DNA from: Gemmatimonadota bacterium | GTDB taxonomy: Bacteria > Gemmatimonadota > Gemmatimonadetes > Palauibacterales > Palauibacteraceae | Direction of reading: 5' to 3' | NCBI GenBank assembly: GCA_046758745.1 | Contig: JBHIAV010000058.1 | Coordinates: 1-15,272 of the forward strand | Length of the DNA stretch: 15,272 bases | Shown: one piece after another, positions 1 through 7,294 of the stretch | How positions within the stretch are numbered: the stretch's first letter is position 1 | Layout: every line of letters begins with the position of its first letter | Translations under genes and position numbers: made by a program | Notes under the pieces: generated by a model | The model's input: only the letters and a program-made list of their open reading frames with translations | Database searches by the model: none | Told to the model about the DNA's origin: nothing

Positions 1-496
1 TCGGCCACCAGGGGTGGCCGAGCCAGACATCCCGGTAGTCGAGGACGAGCGGCCTTCTCCACCACAGCTTGAGAAGCCACCCGAGCAGATAGGGGGAGAA
101 AGGGGGTCCCGAGCAGAAGAGGGCGGCGGGGGGGCGGCCGGCGAGGCTCTTCACGGCCGTCGCCCAGCCGAACGGGGTCCAGTAGACCTGCGGGTCCGGA
201 AAGAATACCGCCTGCCGGATCAGGGATCGCGCAGCGGAGATCCACGGCGCCGGGCCCTTCCGCGCATCTGTCCCCCTCCCGGTCCCCGGTCTCCCTCGCG
301 GGAAAGGGCTGTAGGCCGGCAGGACGCGGACGTCGTTGACCCGGTGAGGGTGGTCCTGTCCATGAGATCGGCCGCACAGGACGATGACCTCCCAGCCCGC
401 GGCCTTCAGGTTGCGTGAGAGTCGTGCCGTTCGATGGGTTCCAGGGCCGCCTCCTGACGGGTGCCAGAAGGATATGTAGAGGAGAGGTCCCGCCAT
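1..496 (-). CDS. Glycosyltransferase family 4 (GT-B) protein, N-terminal part; truncated by window start
   Basis: Not in the ORF track. ATG at 496-494 overlaps the murJ stop (TGATG). The frame is open to the window edge: MAGPLLYISFWHPSGGGPGTHRTARLSRNLKAAGWEVIVLC...AVFFPDPQVYW...ALFCSGPPFSPYLLGWLLKLWWRRPLVLDYRDVW. This matches the GT4 N-terminal pattern (PxGGxGxxR...L...GWEVxV; FPD...W; SGPPFS; PLVLDYRDxW). Confidence 0.85.
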   Translation of the reverse strand, partial: MAGPLLYISFWHPSGGGPGTHRTARLSRNLKAAGWEVIVLCGRSHGQDHPHRVNDVRVLPAYSPFPRGRPGTGRGTDARKGPAPWISAARSLIRQAVFFPDPQVYWTPFGWATAVKSLAGRPPAALFCSGPPFSPYLLGWLLKLWWRRPLVLDYRDVWLGHPWWP

Positions 497-2076
497 CAGG
501 GGCTCCTCCATATCCCCGCGGACCTCAGGAAGCGGGCGAGGATCCTGTGGGCCTCCCCGATCCGGAACGCCCGCAGCAGCACGAGGTAAGTGAGCGCGCC
601 GAGCGTCGTGCCGGACAGGAACTCTACGAACCGCGATGCTTCTCCCGTCGGCGAGAGCCAGGAAGAGACTGCAAAGGCCCATCCCAACACGACGCCTCCC
701 ATCAAAGCAGCACCTGCTAGGACTCTGAAGAGATACCGCCATTCGGCGCGTGGATAGAATGCACCGACCTCTCGCCGCACGATCGGAACGAGTATGAGTA
801 AATGGAGGAGCTGAACCACCGACGTGGCGGCGGCGATGCCGTAGATGCCGAACGGCCGCATCAACAGAGAGTCCAGCACGAGATTCGCGACAACTGCGCC
901 TGCGGAACACCACGCGACCTGCTTGAATCTCCGTCGCGCCACGAGCGCCCGCCAGAAGAGACTGAGGTACCCGGCGAATAGCATTCCCGGACCGTAGCAG
1001 ATCAGCAGACCGGCCACAGCCCTGGTGTCACCCGGGCCGAAGCGGCCGCGCTCCAGCAGAAGCCTCACCATCGGGCCGCCGAACGTCATGAGGCCCGCCA
1101 CTAAAGGTGCGGCGCCGAGGACCATGTAGCGCAGGTTCACCCGCAGGGTCTCTCCGAGAGCCCCACCGCCTTGCTGATCAGCCACAGCCATTCTGGGGAA
1201 TGCCACCTCGGCCAGCGAAAGAGTGGTCAGCAACTGCACGTTCGTGACGACGACGAACGCGAATCCGAGCAGCGCGATGCTTCCCGTGGGGAGAAAAGAT
1301 GCAAACGCGTTGTCCACAAGCAGATTCACCTGGGCGAAGTTGGCGCTGACGCTCATTAGGAAGAAGTCGCGCCAGAAATTCCCGTGCTGGGCGGGCAGCC
1401 GGTCGCGCGAGCCGGCGCCAGGTTGACCGGGTGGAGCCTTTCTCACCATGCGGACGCCGAGAAGCGTGATGACGATCGCCGCCGCGAGTGTGCCTGCCAA
1501 GGAGCCGACGGCGAGGGCGAAGATGCCGATCTGATCCACCATGGCGACGAGGCATCCGATAGAGAGCAGGCCGATCAGTAGGTTAGTGAGCCCAGGGACC
1601 GCGAAGTGACCCCGGGAGTTGAACAACGACTTCATCAGAGCGAAATGGACAGCGCCGACCATGGTGAGGGTCGTGATCGTGAGAAGGCGCCCCGCAAGGA
1701 TCACCTGCCCGGCTCGAAAGCCGGGTGCGATAAGGCGGATGACCGGCTGGGGCATGAGCATCGCCACCAGCAACACGGGCGCCAGCATGAAGCTGATGCG
1801 CCGGAGCGTCCAGCGCAGGTGATGGAGCTGCGCCGTGCCGCCCTCCGCGCCGCCGATCCGGCTGAGCGCCACGAGGAGGGTGGAATAGAGTCCGCCGACG
1901 ATGAGCGTGGTCAGGAGCCTAGGTATCATCTCGGCCACGACGAGACAATCCTTCTCCCTGCTCGCGCCGAAATAGGCTGCCGAAAGGACCCCGAGGATGA
2001 GGGACAGGATCGTCGCGAGGGCGCGCAGGGCGGATACGGTGATCGTGGACCGAAGCGGGCTGGGGCCGTCAGGCAT
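496..2076 (-). CDS. murJ: MurJ/MviN-family (MOP superfamily) lipid-linked glycan flippase, divergent paralogue
   Basis: 526 aa with many hydrophobic segments. MviN hallmarks include AAYFGA...D, LIAPGF, VDNAFASFLPTGSIA, LLERGRFGPGDT and FGIYGIAAATS. Several charged residues of housekeeping MurJ are absent (see findings). Confidence 0.85.
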   Translation of the reverse strand: MPDGPSPLRSTITVSALRALATILSLILGVLSAAYFGASREKDCLVVAEMIPRLLTTLIVGGLYSTLLVALSRIGGAEGGTAQLHHLRWTLRRISFMLAPVLLVAMLMPQPVIRLIAPGFRAGQVILAGRLLTITTLTMVGAVHFALMKSLFNSRGHFAVPGLTNLLIGLLSIGCLVAMVDQIGIFALAVGSLAGTLAAAIVITLLGVRMVRKAPPGQPGAGSRDRLPAQHGNFWRDFFLMSVSANFAQVNLLVDNAFASFLPTGSIALLGFAFVVVTNVQLLTTLSLAEVAFPRMAVADQQGGGALGETLRVNLRYMVLGAAPLVAGLMTFGGPMVRLLLERGRFGPGDTRAVAGLLICYGPGMLFAGYLSLFWRALVARRRFKQVAWCSAGAVVANLVLDSLLMRPFGIYGIAAATSVVQLLHLLILVPIVRREVGAFYPRAEWRYLFRVLAGAALMGGVVLGWAFAVSSWLSPTGEASRFVEFLSGTTLGALTYLVLLRAFRIGEAHRILARFLRSAGIWRSP

Positions 2077-2328
2077 CTCAGGCGCCCTGCCGGGACGGCC
2101 CCGGCTGGGTGTCCGTCGCGCGGCGCCCTTCGGGGCGAGCCTTTCGGTTGTGGAGGCGGGCCGCGCCGCCTAGAGCCGGTGCATCGGCCGGCCTGAAGCG
2201 GGGCACTGAGATGAACGAGGTTGAGGCCTCAGCTCTCATGTCCATGGGGGAGAGCATCATGCCGCCGGCCGGCCCGATTCGAGGTGAGTCTCCGGTTGCG
2301 AACGGACCGGCGCCGCGGTCGAAATGCG

Positions 2329-2357
2329 TTGCAAACCCTTGCAGTATAGCGTATTTT
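2329..2357 (+). promoter_or_regulatory. Putative sigma70 promoter for the oxidoreductase operon
   Basis: TTGCAA (2329-2334), 17 bp spacer, TATTTT (2352-2357), in the most AT-rich patch of the divergent intergenic region, about 30 bp before ATG 2387. An overlapping minus-strand TATACT (2348-2343) could serve murJ. Confidence 0.45.
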
Positions 2358-2386
2358 GCTCACTCCGCTTCAGCGGGGCGCCACGG

Positions 2387-4633
2387 ATGCCGCTGTACAG
2401 ACGCCGACTGCTCGACTGGGGCCTAGCGCGCGCGCGCGCGCTGAAGTGGCGCCGACCACTCAGGCGCGGCACGAGGATCGTATGCCGATCCTCCGGATGG
2501 GTTCAGCTCGAGCCGTTCGAGCTGCCGGCCCCCGGCCCCGGTGAGATACTCGTGCGCGCCAGCCTTACCGCAGTGAGCCCAGGGACGGAGAGGGCCCGGT
2601 ACAACAGGCTCCCGAATGTCACGGCACGGTACCCCTACACTCCGGGGTACTCGGGTGTGGGCACGGTCGTCGAGGCGGGCGCAGGCTCGACGTTTCGCGC
2701 CGGGCAGAGGGTTACAGGCGTGCTGCCCCACGCGAGCGTGGCCGCGGTGCGCGTTGAGAGATGCTTCGCCGTGCCGCCCGGAGTTTCGGACGAGAACGCG
2801 GCCTTCCTGAACCTCGTCGTCATCACCCTTCAAGGAGTCCGCAAGGCGGGGATACGCTGGGGCGACCGCGTCGCCGTCCTGGGCCGGGGGCTCCTCGGCC
2901 ACCTCGCCCTCCAGATCGCGGGGGCGGCCGGGGCATCGGAGGTCGTGCTCCTAGGCCGGCAAGAGCTCGCGGCGGCGCGTGCGGGGCTTCCTGTCGGTTC
3001 TGCGGACCGCGGGCCCACCGACGGGTACGAGATCGTCCTCGACGTGACCGGGAATCCCGAGGTACTTCGAGATGCGCTCCCGCTGGCCTCGGCCGGAGGG
3101 GCCGTCGTTCTCCTGGGGAGCTCGCGCGGAGTCTCACCGCCGTGGCCCGCGAACATCGAGAGCGTGCGGGTGAGAGGAGCGCACGCACAGACGATGTCCG
3201 GGCGGGAGCCCTCTCCAGGGCGATGGACGTACAGGATGGAGGGAGAGCTCGGTCTCGATCTACTGGCCTCCGGGGACGTCCTCCCGACCAAGGGCGGATG
3301 TGAGCTCGTCGATCCAAGAGAAGCCTGGCGGTTCTACCGGCGCCTCGGGCGGGGTCACCCTCCGGTGCGGGCCGCGCTCTTCGACTGGCGCCTCCTGGCG
3401 GATCGGGAGAGGGCTCGGAAGAGCACACTTCTGCCTCCGACCTCCCTTTGGAGACGTGACCCTGTCGGCGAGGCGCTCTCGGAGCGGACGCGCGGGCTCG
3501 GTGGGCTCGGCCGGAGGATCTCACGGGAGAGGGGACGCATGTCTCGAAGCGCAGCGCACGGGGACAGAGTGATCGGCATCGCCATGATTGGATGCGGGGA
3601 GATCGCCGTCCGGAACGCCAGGGCGGTGGCGGAGTCCGGCGCGGCGGCCGTGAGGTGGGCGGTCGATCCCGCGGAAGAGCTGGCTCGCGATCTGGCACGG
3701 CGATTCGGGGCTCATGCGGCCGGTTCGTCCGAGCAGGCGCTCCGCGATGCGGAGGTGGATGCGGTCTTCATCTGCGCTCCCCACCACCTGCATGCGACAC
3801 TGGGCCTGCAGGCGATCGGGGCTCGCAAGCACGTGATCGTCGAGAAGCCGACCGCGCGCACGGCGCGAGAGGCCGAACAGTTGGCGGACGCGGCGCGCTC
3901 CGCGGGCGTCCTGTTGATGACCTCCTACCCCATGCGATTCCTGCCCCAGGTGACTGCCGCGCGCAAGCTCGTCGCGCAGGGGTCCATCGGACGGATCCAG
4001 GGCGTCACCATCGCCGAGCACATCTACAAGGAGGTCTCCTACTGGTTCGGGGGTGCCTCGGGGCGCTCGCGCTCCAACTGGCGCGCGCACCGGGAGACCA
4101 GCGGCGGAGGCGTGATCCTCATGAATCTCTGCCACCACCTGGATGTCGTGTTGCACGTGACGGGCCTGGCGCCGCGGCGAATCCACTGCGAGGTCGAGCG
4201 CTGGGACGCGCCGGGCGACGTGGAGGACATGGCCGCACTGGTGGTGAGGATGGAAGGAGGCGCGATCGTGTCCGTGGACGCGAGCACCTGCACTCCGGGG
4301 GGTCGCGAATCGCGCTTCCACATCTGGGGGTCGGAGGGGCAGATCGCTCTCGATACGCCTCCACGGTTCCTCAGCCTCCACGAGACCCCGGACGGGAGGG
4401 CCAACCGATGGAACCACCTTCCGACCGGGGCGGAGCAGGACGCCCGGCGGGCCATGGTTCGGAGCTTCGCCGAGGCCGTGCTCTGCGGCTCGGAGGCGCC
4501 CATCCCAATGACCGATTCTCTGGCGGTCATGCGTCTGATCGACGTCGCCTACGCTTCGGCCGAAAGTCGGCACCCCATGGAACTCCCTGCCGGTGAGCCC
4601 AGTCGGTCGGCGGATGTGCTCTCGAACGGTTGA
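2387..4633 (+). CDS. Bi-domain oxidoreductase: N-terminal MDR/alcohol dehydrogenase-like domain fused to a C-terminal Gfo/Idh/MocA domain
   Basis: N-terminal domain has PGPGEILVR, SPGTE, PYTPGYSGVG, Rossmann VAVLGRGLLG, DVTG and GAH. C-terminal domain has IGCGEIA, DAVFICAPHHLH, HVIVEKP, WR...SGGGVILMNLCHHLD and VED. ATG 2387 is preferred over 2324, which lies just upstream of the predicted promoter. Confidence 0.85.
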   Translation: MPLYRRRLLDWGLARARALKWRRPLRRGTRIVCRSSGWVQLEPFELPAPGPGEILVRASLTAVSPGTERARYNRLPNVTARYPYTPGYSGVGTVVEAGAGSTFRAGQRVTGVLPHASVAAVRVERCFAVPPGVSDENAAFLNLVVITLQGVRKAGIRWGDRVAVLGRGLLGHLALQIAGAAGASEVVLLGRQELAAARAGLPVGSADRGPTDGYEIVLDVTGNPEVLRDALPLASAGGAVVLLGSSRGVSPPWPANIESVRVRGAHAQTMSGREPSPGRWTYRMEGELGLDLLASGDVLPTKGGCELVDPREAWRFYRRLGRGHPPVRAALFDWRLLADRERARKSTLLPPTSLWRRDPVGEALSERTRGLGGLGRRISRERGRMSRSAAHGDRVIGIAMIGCGEIAVRNARAVAESGAAAVRWAVDPAEELARDLARRFGAHAAGSSEQALRDAEVDAVFICAPHHLHATLGLQAIGARKHVIVEKPTARTAREAEQLADAARSAGVLLMTSYPMRFLPQVTAARKLVAQGSIGRIQGVTIAEHIYKEVSYWFGGASGRSRSNWRAHRETSGGGVILMNLCHHLDVVLHVTGLAPRRIHCEVERWDAPGDVEDMAALVVRMEGGAIVSVDASTCTPGGRESRFHIWGSEGQIALDTPPRFLSLHETPDGRANRWNHLPTGAEQDARRAMVRSFAEAVLCGSEAPIPMTDSLAVMRLIDVAYASAESRHPMELPAGEPSRSADVLSNG
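2426..2441. repeat. Perfect (GC)8 dinucleotide tract (18-bp palindrome 2425-2442) inside the 5' end of the oxidoreductase CDS
   Basis: Sequence reads cta-GCGCGCGCGCGCGCGC-tg and encodes ARARAL. Confidence 0.9.
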
Positions 4634-5417
4634 GATCACTTCGCGCCCCGAGGGCGCGACGCTCCGCGACCGGACGGAGGACGGCCCGGCCTGCGCCCTG
4701 CGGGCGGCCCTCGTGCACCGAGGCGCGGGGGGGCGCGAGGCGGCCGCCCTCCCCGCACTGACCCTCTCCGGGCTCGCCTGGGAGGGACCGGACGGGGGCA
4801 CCCTCTGGGGCTGGCCTGACGACCGGGGACGGGTGGAGCTGCGCGCATCGCAGGAGAGTCCGGTGCTCTGTTGCCTCCTCCCCCTGGCGCTGTCTCTGGC
4901 CCTCGCGCTGAGAAGGGGGCGGATCGAGTTCGGAGCCCGGGCGCTCGTCACCGGTGAGGGGATCGTGTCGCGGATAGCCGGAGCCGTGGCGGCGCTGCTC
5001 GGCTGCCGGGTGACGTACTCGGCGAACCCCCTCGACGCGGAGCCCGAGCGCCCCCGCCCCGAGCTCATCCTCTGTGTCACGGAAGAGACGCGGGTCGTCG
5101 AGTGGGCGCTCTCCCGGTGTCGCGACTGGGGCCACGTCTACTCGATCGGGTCGGGGCTGACGAGCGGTCCGTTGGACTACTACCACGATATACACCGGCG
5201 GGCGCTGACGCTGCACAGAGTGCCCTGCCGTCCGGTCCTCCGGCCGGAGGAGATCGGTGCAGCGCAGCGCGGTCTCCCGGGGCTCGCAGGGGCGTTGAGG
5301 GACGTCCATCCGGATCAGCACGTCGGGCGGCTTCCCCCGGAGAAGCTCTCGGACGCTCCCGCCTGGTCCCTGCCTCCCGGTCCGGCCGGGTGGAGCCTGC
5401 TCGCCTCAGGACGATGA
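4614..5417 (+). CDS. Degenerate MDR-like protein (Rossmann half retained), probable paralogue of the upstream MDR domain
   Basis: ALRRGRIEFGARALVTGEGIVSRIAGAVAALLG aligns by eye with upstream GVRKAGIRWGDRVAVLGRGLLGHLALQIAGAAG, and ELILCVTEETRVVEWAL aligns with EIVLDVTGNPEVLRDAL. It overlaps the upstream stop, and its own stop overlaps the next ATG (ATGA 5414-5417). Start is uncertain (4593 GTG or 4614 ATG). Confidence 0.7.
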   Translation: MCSRTVEITSRPEGATLRDRTEDGPACALRAALVHRGAGGREAAALPALTLSGLAWEGPDGGTLWGWPDDRGRVELRASQESPVLCCLLPLALSLALALRRGRIEFGARALVTGEGIVSRIAGAVAALLGCRVTYSANPLDAEPERPRPELILCVTEETRVVEWALSRCRDWGHVYSIGSGLTSGPLDYYHDIHRRALTLHRVPCRPVLRPEEIGAAQRGLPGLAGALRDVHPDQHVGRLPPEKLSDAPAWSLPPGPAGWSLLASGR

Positions 5418-7294
5418 GGCCGACGGGAGATTCTCCGCGGGACGGCTGGGCGGTGGCCGTGGGGCTGGGGCTGGGGTCCGCGCTGGCGGCGCTGGCGGCC
5501 CGCGGCGTCGCCTACGGCACGAGCGATCACTCGCTGCTGGTGCCGATCATCAGACGGCTCGCCGACCCGAAGGCCTACCCCGGCGACTACCTGTTCGCCT
5601 CGCTCGAGGGGTACTCGACCTACTTCTACCATCTGGTCGCGGCGCTGCGTCTGTCCGACGGAGGCCTGGAGGCCTTCTTCTTGACCGGAGCGGTCCTGTT
5701 CGCCGCCGCGGGCTTGGCTCTTCTGTCGCGCTACTGCCTGGTTCGCGGCCTCACCAAGACCGAGGTCTGGCTTGCGGCGTCGGCCTTCGCGCTCGGCTAC
5801 AACCCCTCCCTCGGACGCAGCTTCTTCGATCTGCACCTGTCCCACGCGCTCCCCGGGATCGTCCTGGGGCTGCTGGCCGTGCTGTTGTTCGCTCGGGAGC
5901 GGCACCTGTGGGCATTCGCCGTCGTCGGCCTCATGCTCAACCTCCACGGCATGTATGCGGCGTTCCTCTTTGGGGTTCTCGCCGTGTCGTCGCTCCTGGA
6001 GCCGCGTCGAGACTGGCGCCGTCTGATTCTGGGGACGGGCCTCACACTGCTGATCGGGCTCCCGATCCTGTGGGCGCAGCTCGGCATCGCGGGTTCGGAC
6101 GTGCCTCTCGAGTCCTGGCTGCAGATCCTTCGCATCAGGAGTCCGCATCACATCTTCCTGAGCGGCGTCAAAGCCAGGTATTGGCTGCAGCTCCTGACCT
6201 TCCTCGTGCTGCTCGCGCGCCCCTGGTCCCCGGCGGCGGACTGGTCGGGAATGGGACGCCTCACACGCTCGGCGCTGCTGATCGCCGGCCTCGGGATACT
6301 CGCCAGTGGGGTGCTGGTCGAGTGGCACCCGGTGATGTCCGCGGTCCGGGCGCAGACGCTGCGCGCCACTTTCTGGCTGTTCGTCATCGGGCTGCCGTGG
6401 TGGGCGCGCTCCTTGAGCGCTGGGCTGACGCGGCCGGGGATCCTGATCCCGGCGTCCACGTCGGTGGTGCTGGCCAGCCTGCTCCTCCCGCCGCTGCACC
6501 TCAAGGTGCTGGCGTTGGGATATCTCGCGTCCCTGGTCGCGGCGCGGCGGCTGCGGCTGGCGCACGCGGCGGATGCGCTGAGCGGCGCCTATCTGGCGGG
6601 CGTCGCGGCCGCGTCGCTGGGCCGTCCTCTGTGCGCCGCAGTCGGCCTGTCACCTCCCCCGATCTGGCCCCTGACCGGCGTCCACACCTGGATCCTCGTC
6701 GCCACCGCGATCGCCGGCGTCCTCGCCTGCGCCGCCCGGAAGCTCCGGCGGACCGGCTCCGGCGCGCCGGCACTCGCGAGCGCTGCGGTCCTGGTCCTCG
6801 GTCTCGTCATCGCCGGGCTCCGGGGTCGCGGCGGCTCGCTGCTGAGGACGCAGGAGCCCGCCTGGAGGGATGTCCAGCTATGGGCCTCGACGCAGACACC
6901 GGTGGGATCGACGTTCGTCGTTCCCCCGTACCTCGAGGGGTTTCGCGTGTTCAGCCGGAGGAATCAGTTCGTGGACTGGAAGGACGGGACTCTCGGCAAT
7001 TTCAACCCGGACTTCGCCGTCGCCTGGTGGAGGCGGATGACGGTCCTCGGGCTGGACTTCGACCTGTGGGCCGAGCCCGGGCGCGGACGTGCGGCGTACC
7101 GCGCAGTGGGGAGGCGACGCGTGTGCGGGGCGCGGACCCTGGGGGAGATCGATTTCCTCATCACGGAGGAGCCGGGGCAGGCGGAGGATCTGGCCCTCGC
7201 GTACTCCAACTCCCGATTCTACGTGCGCAGGGTGGAGTGCGGAGCGGCCGCGGGCGCAGAAGGACCGGTCAGGAGAACGCCGAGTGGCCGGTGA
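5414..7294 (+). CDS. Polytopic membrane protein, DUF6798-like, possible GT-C-fold transferase
   Basis: ATG 5414 has AGGA upstream and an ATGA overlap. It has many TM segments, a first loop YGTSDHSLLVP...DP..YPGD, an internal RSPHH, and a soluble C-terminal domain W.DVQ.WA...TP....F.VPP...GFR.FS.R...VDWKDG. Family assigned from memory of the motif. Confidence 0.7.
   Translation: MRPTGDSPRDGWAVAVGLGLGSALAALAARGVAYGTSDHSLLVPIIRRLADPKAYPGDYLFASLEGYSTYFYHLVAALRLSDGGLEAFFLTGAVLFAAAGLALLSRYCLVRGLTKTEVWLAASAFALGYNPSLGRSFFDLHLSHALPGIVLGLLAVLLFARERHLWAFAVVGLMLNLHGMYAAFLFGVLAVSSLLEPRRDWRRLILGTGLTLLIGLPILWAQLGIAGSDVPLESWLQILRIRSPHHIFLSGVKARYWLQLLTFLVLLARPWSPAADWSGMGRLTRSALLIAGLGILASGVLVEWHPVMSAVRAQTLRATFWLFVIGLPWWARSLSAGLTRPGILIPASTSVVLASLLLPPLHLKVLALGYLASLVAARRLRLAHAADALSGAYLAGVAAASLGRPLCAAVGLSPPPIWPLTGVHTWILVATAIAGVLACAARKLRRTGSGAPALASAAVLVLGLVIAGLRGRGGSLLRTQEPAWRDVQLWASTQTPVGSTFVVPPYLEGFRVFSRRNQFVDWKDGTLGNFNPDFAVAWWRRMTVLGLDFDLWAEPGRGRAAYRAVGRRRVCGARTLGEIDFLITEEPGQAEDLALAYSNSRFYVRRVECGAAAGAEGPVRRTPSGR

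Noticed and set aside
91..110. Two G5 runs in the GT4 gene as a possible frameshift
   Set aside because: The frame is continuous through them (SGPPFSPYLLGW), and the runs are too short for phase variation.
14..720. Plus-strand ORFs 14-418 and 415-720
   Set aside because: Antisense to the GT4 and murJ genes.
2329..2344. TTGCA-N5-TTGCA as a sigma54 promoter
   Set aside because: It lacks the -24 GG and the GG-N10-GC spacing. A regulator half-site repeat cannot be excluded.
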